This document shows, piece after piece, positions 27,646 to 39,300 of a stretch of 64,000 nucleotides of DNA (position 1 is its first letter; each line of letters begins with the position of its first letter). The stretch is from positions 124,001 through 188,000 of the forward strand of contig NMRA01000159.1 of assembly GCA_002633005.1 (NCBI GenBank). The letters run 5' to 3'. Both the position numbers and the translations under genes were made by a program. The DNA comes from Phoronis australis. Its lineage: Eukaryota; Animalia; Phoronida. The notes under the pieces were generated by a model, which was given only the letters and a program-made list of their open reading frames with translations, was not told where the DNA came from and did not search any database.

Positions 27646-29622
27646 TATACGCGTCTTTGTATTTATGCATGAATAGAGCTTACTGTAAATCAAACTAGTT
27701 CTATTAAACTCCATTTTCTAACCCGGTGATCATGCATTTGGATGACCTTATGTTCGAATGGGACGCCGCTGCTTCGGGTATAAGACCAGTCTTATTTTTA
27801 TGTTTTTTGCCATTCATTCATGACGAAATTACATGTTGAAGTTTAGGGTAAGACTTACAAGCCTTCAAGGTATTTTCTGAGTCATACCGCCGCTAGAATT
27901 TGACATAAACTATGGGTTTTTTGTTGCTTTCCTAAGTGCAATTTCCTCACCTGTGCCCTTGACGGTTTCTGGGACATCGTAATACATGACCGACATCCAC
28001 AGGCCAAAATTGGACCTTTGCTTCTTTTTCGGAAACGCAATTCGACAGTGCGCGACCTTTAGGCAACCCGTTTGAAAGGATGTCTTGCTCGCCGACTGAT
28101 CTGATTACTGAACACACTGAAGGATGTCACAAAACTTTCGTGGATTTCAGAAATTATTCAAATGTTTGAGTTGGTACAGTTATCACCAGGGTGTACGATG
28201 CTACAGCCACATGAGAACGCTGGCAATGCATTACTTCAGGATACCCAGGCTTCCCTGCCAGCACACAGATCGGGCCTGCCTGTGAACAAATTCTTCTCTC
28301 AATGACGCCATTTCTTTATTACGGACGCACATTCCCTGCTACCGCCCATATTTCTTCACTCACACACACACACACACTAACCCTGCTCCCGCTCATTATT
28401 CCTTGCGAGGCGAAAAGAGGCGGAACTGTGGAATATGCGTTCGTAAGACAGGACTAGCGTAAGCGAGAGAAGAATATTGTTCGGAGGTAAGGAAGTCTGG
28501 GTACCCTGTACCTTGAAATCACGTGCAGCGGAAGTGTGTAGCCTATTAAATTTTGTAAGATTTTTCTACTCAAATGTGCCGCACATACGTTCATGTGCCT
28601 AAGCTCCACAATTAGACAGAGCTCCACAATTAGGTGCATGCGCTCAACTGCGAGGTTTTACGGTAAAGCAAAAGAAACTGACAAACGCAAGAATTGCTGC
28701 GGTAATTTGAGAACAGTGTGACAATTTGCCCCTGCAGAGCCGACCCAAATTGTCACAATTTTGAAGTTGCGACAATTTGTTGAGGGACGAAAATGAACGT
28801 GACGTAGAGTCCTCTCGCCAAAACAAGAGTGGCTGAAATTGTGGTTGGGATTAAAATCCAGAGTTCCGAGTCTTCGAGAGTCTTGTCCCGTAACAACGTG
28901 TCGTTCACAAACTAGTGTCATTTTTCTGGCGAGTGTGATTACCTGGTGAAAAACGAAACATGCCAGGACGTGATGGAAAGTCGTTATGTTGCAACAGGCA
29001 TAAATGCCGTTCCTCTCCACTGTCAATACACAGACATGAGAGTTAAGGCGCGCAGCGTTGCTCCTTCATACGCTGTTAGGTACCTGGGACACATAGTAAC
29101 AGGCCACTGACTTAGTTGTCTATAATCTATTCACCTACGATTTGTGTGTGGTCAGTTGCTCGTTACAAAGTCTCATCTCATACGCCAAAGTTTTCACCAC
29201 TTTAGGTATTCACTTTGAGAATAGAGGAAAGTAGTAAGTCATCTGGTTTGAATTTCTTAGCTTTTTTTCATAATCTTAAGTTCCTTGCAATTTCGCGTTA
29301 TTCTATCATTTTGTTTCTTATTCTACATGAATCGCTTTTCACGCCCTGTTCAACGAGGCAGATAGTCTCCGGAACACCTCGGTTATTTTCGTTCACTCAA
29401 ACTTTCTTTTGGAGGTGAACCTTATCTGTAGATGTGCGAACCACAGTCATACGTCCAAGTATTATCCAGTTTGAAAGTCCCATGACGAGCGCAGATAACT
29501 TTCACCTCCGAGAGGAAACTTAGGCTACAGAAATACCCGGGGTGTTCCAATTGGCCAGACAAGAGAGTGCAGTTGTTCTTGAATAAGCTGTGTGGACATC
29601 ACTTCAGACACCGTCGTTGCAG

Positions 29623-32600
29623 GCACACCCAGTGACGATGATGCGAATGCGAAAGCAAGACCCCGCCGTTCAGGCTCTGGGTGTCTACAGAGATGTTCCC
29701 ATTTATGCAGATGTCAAGAAGGGCCCCGAGGACAACTATCTGCGCATAGGCGGCTTGCCAACCGTAGACTACAATCCTGTACCAGGCTCCTTCTTGTATG
29801 ATCCCGACAACCAAACTCAGCAATTTGATTCCGTGCATTGTTTTGCAGTTGTCAGAAATGTAAGTATTCAAACTCGCGCCTCGCAAATTAGGTGTATAAT
29901 GAGATCGGACCTCATTATACAGCTAATTTGCGTCCCGCCTTCTCTTTGAGTGACACCCGAGGCAGTCTGGTGGGTGGAGGGGCCAATGCCAATTGATTGA
30001 TTTCACGAATGATTCTGTATCTATTACTGATTCCTCGATGGTTGCTTGCGTGTCCGCTAGGGGAAAGGTAGGCAGCAGTACACATTTTATCACTGCTTGA
30101 TATAACCTTGGAAGTATTGGTAAGCTTTACAACACAGAAAGAAAGTGGCCGACTGTGAACGATATTTAGCCTTCTCAATTACATCTTTGCGAACCAAGTT
30201 TTCTCTCTACAGTATCAATAACACCAGAAAGACCGAGTACAGTTATCTGCAACCTGGGCAGTTTATGAGCTTGACATCGGATCGGTAGCCGAAAAGGACA
30301 CTCTAGCAGCAACGTAAACAAAAATCAGCTACAGTTGAAAAATGGACACCGAAAAGGCACAACCACAACTTTCTGATCACATTTCTTGAACGCATCCCAA
30401 TTAATCACCGATTGGTCTGTACAACAGACCCACCACAAACTATATCTACATTTACACTTCCCCCATCAGTCAAGCCGGTTGGGTATAAAGCGTTACTTGT
30501 TGATAATTCGACCAGCCAATCAGAAACGCTGGTGTAAAAATTTTTCCCTAGGGAAATTAAATGATACTTGCGTGTCCCCTTCCCCCTAGCGGACGCGCAG
30601 GGAACCAGCGAGTTACTGATTCTACCGAAAAAACTTGCTTTAAGCCAATATGTATCAATTTCTATTCACAACAGCTGCCGTTTGCACTTCTTCTTTTAAA
30701 GCAGCCCGATGACTTTAACGTTCTTCCTCGGTGAGTGATTTCATGAACTCTTATCTGTGGAAGTGTTTTGGCAATTTCTGGATCATGGTTCTATGCACAA
30801 CAGTACATAACAGTGGTTGTACATACCAGATGGGTACAGGGTACCACAAAACAACATTAAACAACGGGTACCATATGAGTGCGACAGAACGAATCGTTGC
30901 TAGTAAATGACAGATGGGTACACGATACCAGATGGGTATTGACCGATTACCTACCAGTGGAGGAGTCTGCCGCCTACTTGCCTTAAGCGTAGTTTGGAGA
31001 CTCCTGAAAGTGGCGATAACTGAGTACGATCCCTTATGAAAGAAATTTGATAGTAACGAACACACTTTAACCTATCGATTATTCATGGTTTCAGATTGTG
31101 ACGATGTTTCAACAAGCGTTGAATAATCTGCCGTCGAAGTACAAAACCGAAACCTTCCAATGGCAATGGGGCAGTGAAGACCCCCTAACTATTATACCAA
31201 GGTTCAGAGAGGAGAGCGAGAACCCCTTCACACTGAATGCGGTTTACCTACGCGCCACCAAGAGACTTGTTTTTGATGTTTGGGCGCCGCCAAACGGGGC
31301 TAAGAAAGTTTACCTGAGCCAGTCTTACGATATCGTCGCACACGAGGCTGCACACGCAATATTGGACGGTCTCAAGCCGAATTACTTGTTTTGGGCATTT
31401 TTAGGTCATATTGAAACTGGTACGTATATTCATTTTCAGTTGATTGACATCTGAACAATTTGTGTCTGCACATGCTGGTTCCCTGCGTGCCGCAAGGCGG
31501 TAGCCAGCACGCAGGTATCACTTAATTTTCCTCTGGAATTTTTTTTACACCGGCGTTTCTGATTGGCTGGTCAAATTCTCAACATGCAGCGCTTTACGCA
31601 AACAAACTGGCATGACTGATGGAGCAAATGTAAATGTGTATTCATGCAGTATGAATAACACATTGGTTAAATCGGCCATGTATTTAATGTACATATGCGC
31701 TTCAAGCAAGCGCCTATTAAACATTACTGCAGAAACGAAATAGTTGCTGCTACACCACTTGCATGACAAGGCTAAAAATTGTTCATAGTCCGCAATGTTT
31801 CTTGTTTTCATGCAAACGAATGACCAACCAATGCCAAAGCGCGTGCTACTGCGTGATACCTGCGTGCTAGTAGGCACCTAGGGAACCAGTGAAATTCACT
31901 TCAATACGTCGTCGGTCTCCTGTGTGACTAAACTTTCTAAAAACCTTGAAAATTTGCACAAATTTAACGCTCTTTTTCCATAAAATTAGCAATTAAAACT
32001 CACGTTGTGCACGTATGCGAGATAATCTCAGAGTCTTCACGTTATTACCACATGTAAACCAATGAGCTATACCAGAAGATAGCTAATTGGTATAACGATC
32101 CTGAAGGCGAAAATGCAGGTCAACACTGTGACGTAGTAAGCAACTAATGCTTACCTCAGACGTTCGCATCTATGACGTGTAGCAGACGTTCTCTGTTATC
32201 CACCGTCGGTACCCGAGTAACACATGGACACTGGTTCTAATTGAAGCCGGTAGAAAAGTGTAGACTGAGGCGGCGTGGTGAAACGTTTTTTCGAAACACG
32301 AATTGGCGTCTTTATGAAACCGCTCTGAGGTGGTGGCCTGTTACAGCTATTAATTATTAAAATCTCTTGGTCTATTTACACCAACCTCTTGTCTATTTAC
32401 CCTGTCACGACGTTTCGGTCGGTCTATTCTCTGGCCATCGTCAGGTGTTCCCGCGTTCTTAGAAGAACGAGCACGGATATGTGGTACACTCTGCCTCGGA
32501 AAAAATCACACCGTTAGTGTCCCACATATCCGTGCTCGTTCTTCTAAGAACGCGGGAACACCTGACGATGGCCTGAGAATAGACCGACCGAAACGTCGTG

Positions 32601-35600
32601 ACAGTGTAAATAGACAAGAGGTCGGAGAAAACAGACCAAGAGATTTAAATAATAGTTGTAACGAGTAGAAACACGAAATGGCGCATGACACAAATCAAGA
32701 GTTACGGATAAAATGCATTCCATCACTGACAAAAGAACATCATAGATCTAAGCAAGTTACACATTCAAATAGTCTACATTTCGAACACGACTCGAAAGCG
32801 TTTGTGACTAGAGACCACTGCTTGGTTAAACTCGGTCTGACATCCCCAAATCACAAGTACTGAATACATGCAGTTATGAGCACATGATGATTTGTTCATG
32901 TACAAGTGGTCACAATAACTACACTGATGAGTATGCATGTATCTCAGAGTCATTGTTTATTGCCTATGTTAGATTAAATTGGTTTCCAGAAACAATTGCT
33001 TTCTGACTTAAGTAAAATAGACCATGACGGCAGCCTGTTTCGTGAAAGCAACTGAATTTAGACGTAAGACGGAAATTTGGTCTCACGCTTCACAAATTTA
33101 AATAATCCTCAAATTTCACTTTAAGGAAGTGAATATATATTAATAACTTACAGTCACTGTTATAATTTGTATAGTATCTAGGTTGTGAGGTGCTAATATC
33201 TACACGACTAAATCTGTTTTTAGTAATTTTCAATGAAAGCGTAAAACCAAATTCCTGTATAAGTCTTAGGTCACTACGTGAAATAGAGTCCTGGTCTGTC
33301 TATTTAACATGAGATACACCCCTATCTTATTAGTTGGTCCTTTCTTATGGGTGGTACAGATTTAATTAGTAAATTGCCAATAGGCTGAGACCAGTGCTGC
33401 AGTGGTAAAATTAGAGGTAAGTAGGCGCCCAAAGCCCATCGTATCGCCTTCAGCGATGAATTTCAAAAGTGCATTGAACTCGCAAAACCTGACTCACAAA
33501 CATGGTGGCCTACTTTTAGACTCACGAGGGGGTATTTGAATAGTCTGCAGTGGCGGATCTTGGATGTCGGAGAAAGAGGGTCCAACCTCACATATTCGAA
33601 GGAAAAGGTCCGCGTGCATCCCAAGCGGTTTCTGAAGGGGGCACATTACTGTATAAAGGAAAATAGGAGTGTAACTCCCAGAAACGATATGCTGGTGGCG
33701 ATTTTAGTCACCTGTGGGGTGTGTCCTCTGGGCCCTTCGCCACCCCCTCCCCTTATCCACCCCATGGTGTGACACCATAACTGTTTTTTGTCTTAAAGTA
33801 TTAATAAAAATTCCATCACTCGGTGAGCATACCTGGTGGTCGCTCGCGCTGAAATATTCGGCAACAATGCTGCCGTCACCATGCCGTAGCCAGTGCCGTT
33901 AGCTATCGTATAGGGACTACGCCCTACTATACCGTCACTTTCGGCGCATAGACGCCACGTTAAAATGTAAAAAGGTGGGTGGCTGCAACTACGTGCGCTT
34001 ACGTCCCACTATGCCGTAACTTACGGTGGGTAGGCGGTACATTAAAAAGCAAAAAGGTGGTTGGCTGCACCTGCAGTACGTGCGACTACGCCCCACTACA
34101 GCACTGGCTGAGACGTACAATGAACCATTCCTTTAAGAGGAGCGGGAAGCCTTCACGTGCCTAAAGGACTAATATGACATACTGGGAAATCCTTATTAGT
34201 AGTCAACTGAGGCTGACTCGTTAGTCTATCACTGTGAAAAACACACTAACTCAATGGGGCGGTCCCAGATTACGCACCGACACCTGAGTATCACTGTATT
34301 AAAAGTACAATGCTGCAACATCCGTCAAGCATTTGTTTGGCCTCGTTTTTGCGTCACTGGACTTTCTCATATTTGTTGGTGCATTGTTTTTTCTATTTTT
34401 ATTCTATACTGAATTAACTGCACTCGACCTTCCGAACCAGGAAAGTTTTACTGCTGTGCTTTGGACTGCAATGGCAGAAATTTGGATAAACTTGAGAAGG
34501 ATCCGTTGATGCTATATTTCCGACATGATTCACAGAATCAGCCGGACATTTCTAAAACAAAGCCATTGTAACCAACTCACTAGGACAAAGGAAATCTATA
34601 GGTGACCGCCCTGTTCATATCCTGCAAATACAGCAATAACAACACTGGACAGGTCCTTGAACTAAACAAGTTTTTATTTATTTTTAATTTCCTTAGCTGC
34701 TCTGCACGAGTCTTTCGCCGATTTGTCCGTTCTTCTCTCCCTGCTTTGGCAATTCGACGTTGTTGAGACCATCATGGCGGAGTCACGAGGTGGAGAAACA
34801 CTACGCCAGGGGTTCTGGAGTATTTTAGGGGAGCACTTTGGCAAAGAAGTTTTTAACCGCGATCCTGCAACCCAAGGAATAAGGAATCTCAACAATTCAT
34901 TAACTGTGAGTTCTTAAAGCCCGACACAACACCCCATTTGTTGTTATGTGAAAGTGGATTTGCTGACCGGTGATCACAGCAAAAGTTATTCTGTATCAGC
35001 TTGATTTTGACGTCACATACGATGACGTATGGGACCTAAATAGGTCAAAACCGTTGACCTTTGTAAGCAGTCACGTGCTTTAGATTTTGTAAAAAACATA
35101 GAAGTATGATTTAGATCGTGCTCAGTTTTTTAATTGCGCATTGTTATTCTGTATTGTTTGCTCTATATTCGTTCACCTTGATAAGTTCGGACAAAAGATC
35201 GGAAATCAGTATTAGTTGCCATAGCAATGTTTCCCCTTTTTGATTCAATTATATGGTATGCCATTGGAAAATTCGTTTATTTGTCTTTCGAACAATACCA
35301 CTTGACATTACAAATTCGTTTCAGATAAAAATTACACATCAGAACCTGATGTGAAAACACACGTTGATTTTTGGTGTAGTTTACTCCTCACAGTGGCAGA
35401 TGTTGGCACAGTGCTCGTGTACCAGCATGCCAAAGTTCTGAAATTAAGGAGGCTTTTAGTGAAAATAAAAGATATATCTATGTTATGTTTACCAAGTATC
35501 AGGATGGTGCTAATCATGTATATTGCTGCTTTCATTTACAAGGATTAAATTTCTTTGGTAACTTTTAAATGGACTAATGCATAGAACTATGTATTATGTA

Positions 35601-36338
35601 AATGCTAGGTGATCACAGAATCTTGTTTTGTTCACGAAAGCAATGACCAGATATTCAGAATCACATTATTGTTTTTTCTTCTAAAAATCACGACTTTTTA
35701 CTGATGTCACCATTTTTCCAGAAACACGAAACTTGGCGGCGCCACAATAATAGTGAATATGTTTTGGTCTAATAGTAAGATTTAAATTCTCTAAAATTTG
35801 AATAAATCTTTTATCAAGAAAGAAGTATTGTTGAGAGACTCGAAACACTGTTTGCAATGCAATACAATACAATACAATACGATACGATACGATACAATAT
35901 AGTACAATGCAATACAATACAATGCAATAATTATCATCTTTCGTATTTTAGGTTGAGGACATTCCTCAAGGGGCGTTCGACGGTTTTGGTGTGGTGTTTA
36001 CGTCCGCCGTATTCGACTCAATAGTGGACACTTTTGAGTTGGAGCAAAACGTAAACGTTGAAAATCATTCGGCCACTCTCTATAATATCGGTCAAGATTT
36101 TTTGGACGTTATACTGAGAAGCTTTATTTCCATGAAAGTAAGTGTGACTGAAGCACCTTCTCTAGAGAAAATGGCCTTAAAAGTTATTCGTCACACGAAG
36201 AACAAGCAAAGAAAAAACATTTTAAGGAACAACTTCGAAAAACGGCTTATCACAACGCCTAAGCGTAGAAGTGGCAAGAAGAAGAAAAAGATGCCTCCGT
36301 CTTTTTGCCGAACAATGAGGCAGAAAGAACAAACTTAG
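29623..36338 (+). CDS. Gene B: gluzincin zinc metallopeptidase, bacterial M4/M36-like (~380 aa; 5' end uncertain)
   Basis: join(29623 [or ATG 29638]..29859,31095..31419,34697..34905,35952..36338). GT-AG introns with phases 0/1/0 give a continuous frame: MRMRKQDP...FDSVHCFAVVRN|IVTMFQQAL...FQWQWG...SQSYDIVAHEAAHAILDGLKP...ET|AALHESFADL...GIRNLNNSLT|VEDIPQG...KKKKKMPPSFCRTM. HExxH is at 31341-31355 and the third-ligand Glu lies in exon 3. Confidence 0.88.
31474..31890. mobile_element. MITE-like element in intron 2 of gene B
   Basis: Inverted ends CTGGTTCCCT..GCACGCAGGTATCAC / GTGATACCTGCGTGC..AGGGAACCAG. A similar end (CAGGGAACCAG) occurs at ~30600. Confidence 0.55.
32341..32661. mobile_element. 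Inverted-repeat Penelope-like (pLTR) fragment containing two minimal hammerhead ribozyme motifs
   Basis: Arms 32341-32490 and 32516-32661 are near-perfect reverse complements around a 25-nt loop. Each arm carries cac-CTGACGA-tggcc..gacc-GAAAC-GTC-gtg. Confidence 0.75.
32558..32600 (+). ncRNA. Minimal type I hammerhead ribozyme motif (Penelope-type); antisense twin at ~32406-32447
   Basis: CAC CTGACGA TGGCCTGAGAATAGACCGACC GAAA C GTC GTG: conserved CUGANGA and GAAA boxes, GUC cleavage triplet, stem I CAC/GTG, and palindromic ACGU replacing stem III. Confidence 0.65.
33392..34106. mobile_element. Internally deleted copy of the same hAT element, in intron 2 of gene B
   Basis: Termini CAGTGCTGCAGTGG...CCACTACAGCACTG with a perfect 8-bp TSD GCTGAGAC (33384-91 / 34107-14). 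Both ends are homologous to 26225-27645. Confidence 0.88.
35856..35927. repeat. (AATAC/GATAC)n pentanucleotide microsatellite just before the last exon of gene B
   Basis: Visible directly in the sequence. Confidence 0.9.
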
Positions 36339-39300
36339 TTTGGAACCACGCAGTCCGTAATGGTGACATCTAATAGCTCTACTGACGAGTGGAAGAGGCA
36401 CAACCCGTCTGCTATTTTGTTACGTCATTAGTGGTTCTTTACTGGGCTGCGTTCTGAAACGCAAAAGTGAGACACTCGCGCGACACCCGCGGTCAGAAGT
36501 CTAGGCTTGTCGAACGAAAGTAGCGTGTTTATTTACAACATTCACTCGTAATTTAACTATCCAGCCTCGGTCACCGATTAATGATCTCGGTGGCCACCAT
36601 TTTGCATTAAAAGTTGGCAAATAGCAGGTCAAATTTTTTTACACATGTGTAATACAAGTAATATACTGCTACATTTGTTTCGTTACATTTTACACAGTCA
36701 CTAATCATTAGGACAAAGGTCATGTCGTCCTTTTTATGTGCCCGCGCCAAATTCCCCAAACATGTTCCCGTCCTGTCAGCGTCGACTAATATATTGACGT
36801 CATCTTTGGTAAACAATAATCATATCTCCACAGCCTCCGGACTCGCGTTACTTGAGGTCGCTGACTGGCGCTTTATGTATCAAACAAACCATGGGCAACT
36901 TAACTGGCATCGTATCAGATCTTAGTTGATATTCACAAACGTGGAGACTACCTAGATAAGAAAATAAATGATACCACTTTCACACACACGCATCTTGCCT
37001 TTCGCCACTACTATAGCTGTCATTCTCGTGCGAGTCCGCGGGCATTTACAGGTATAAGGGCAACGCAGTCTACATTTTCACTCATTGCCAAATGATTAGG
37101 GCTGACATACGTGGTACTTTACAGCTACTAGATGAGTTCAAGAACCCGCAAAATTGCATAACAAATGTGCGTGAATTTGCATATATTCTCTAATTTGAGA
37201 CTTACGATCGCTGGGGAAATACACAAGAGTTCCTTCCTAACTCGATCGCCCGACCTACAGGTCGAGCGCCTGACTTTTAAAGGACACCTGACTCTTATTT
37301 TGAGTGCCCGACCTATAACTCGAGCGCCTGATTTATAAGTTGAGTTGCTGTGCTTGACCTTGGTATTCTGCTTAAACACGTGAGGAAACTTGACAAGTTC
37401 ACTCATATAATTACGTTCACGTTGAAACAATATGCACTGCACTAAATCAAATTACATGTTAATAAAATAACGTAAATTTTAACGAATCCTTCTTCAAATA
37501 TTGTCGATCTTAGTCACCACACAGTAATTGATTTAATCATGCACATATTCCTCCGATTCTTTGACACAAGTTACGATAAAGGAGTAAGTGGGTGATCATG
37601 AGGCCTGTAATTACAATAATTCTTTACTCTGAACAAAAAAATTCCCCAGATTGCCCAAATGAATATTCAATTCCAAGTTCACGCATACGCGATCTTGGGA
37701 TTAAGTAGGACGGTTCAAGTTCACGCACAGCTGAGTTACATTATAAAGTATGTGAAAGAGCTCACATCAATACAGCAATCTGGGCGCTAGAGTTCTTGAA
37801 AATTTGAATCCCATGCTCGGGAGGTCTACTACATTATGCAATAAATATCAGGACGTGGACTAATTCAGTTTACACTGACGTCAGTAGGTCCCTGCGGACG
37901 GCTGGAAACGACTGACAATTGAAAAGTCTAATTCCAAGTTAAAGTATGCGACTTTGACTTGACTGGGACGTTAAAAAGTATTTAATATCTAATATGTTCA
38001 ACCCGAAATATTTAACAAAAGGACTGTCGCACAACCACTGTCGACTGTTCTAGACGACTGTTCAATGGTGAAATGACTCCTCCGACCCGGGCATGCTTTT
38101 GGAAAACTGGAGCAAATAGTCAAAAGAAAGCGGAAACATAAAAATATTGATTCACTTAAACAGATAACGTTTTTCCCGATTGCACACGTCAAGTACCAAC
38201 AAAAACAACACTACTCATACATAACTATCATGATCACATGACCAATCGCGACTCACAGTCTCACTGGTTTGAAAGGTGTTGCAGAAATCTTATACATGGT
38301 GACCCAAAAATGTTTACAATTCTTAAATGAGCAACAAGATACAGTTTTACTAGAAAGTAACGGTGTTTTTCTTATTCCTGGGACCCTAAGGTTAATTTTG
38401 AAGTGCGTGGAATTGTGAAAAAGTTCTACAGAGGACTCTGGAAAGCACAGAAGGCGGCCAGGGCGGGTATCAAGTTTTCAACGAAGAATTGAATCAAAGT
38501 GCATAGATGAGAAGCGAGCTGTCATTTCACGTACGCAGGGAATGATCAGCTCAGAAAGTTGTAGATGATCACAAAACTGAGCGGCGTTTAACCTGCCACA
38601 GACATATTCGAACATACGGTAACAATGTATGCGCGCCCTCTGAAATCCGATTGGAAAACATTATGAATTATAGTCATCCAGCACGACGCTATTCTGGAGC
38701 AGAATATGACATTACCTGGCAAGTGAGCTATTCTTGTGCCAGGGGAAAATGTTCAAGATTGTCTTTTGGACAGCAGACGATTAATTCGGGAAGGAGCAGC
38801 AGCATCTGCAACCGGAAGTCTAGGTGTTGACAGTGACATTTGCAGCGCCTTCATCACTGCAAGGGGGCGCTGCGAAGAAAAGTAGTTCTATTTTATCTAC
38901 GAACAGGACTAACAGAAATCGTGTTTCAAAAACAGATGACTGAAATTTACCTTGATATAGTACTTGTACTTTCTCACTGGAAAAACAAGGGGCTGGAGAA
39001 TGACAAACAACTGATGACGTTTATTACGGAAGAATATTGATATGACCAAAACGCACCTGTTTTTTGAGTCGCTGGTGCAGTGTTTTTTAGTTGCTTTCTT
39101 TCTCAAAAAGGCAACTCCACCTAAGACGAGTAAAAATGATGCGGGATTTTGTTTACTCATCGCTTAACAAATTGTTATATTTCAAACCTTACTCGCCTTT
39201 GAACGTGCCTTTGTGCAGCTGTCCAAAAACACCAAACCTTGACTGGAATTTATGCATGCGGGCGTTTTTGTTCAAGGGAGTGGCCAAGACCAACTTTGAG

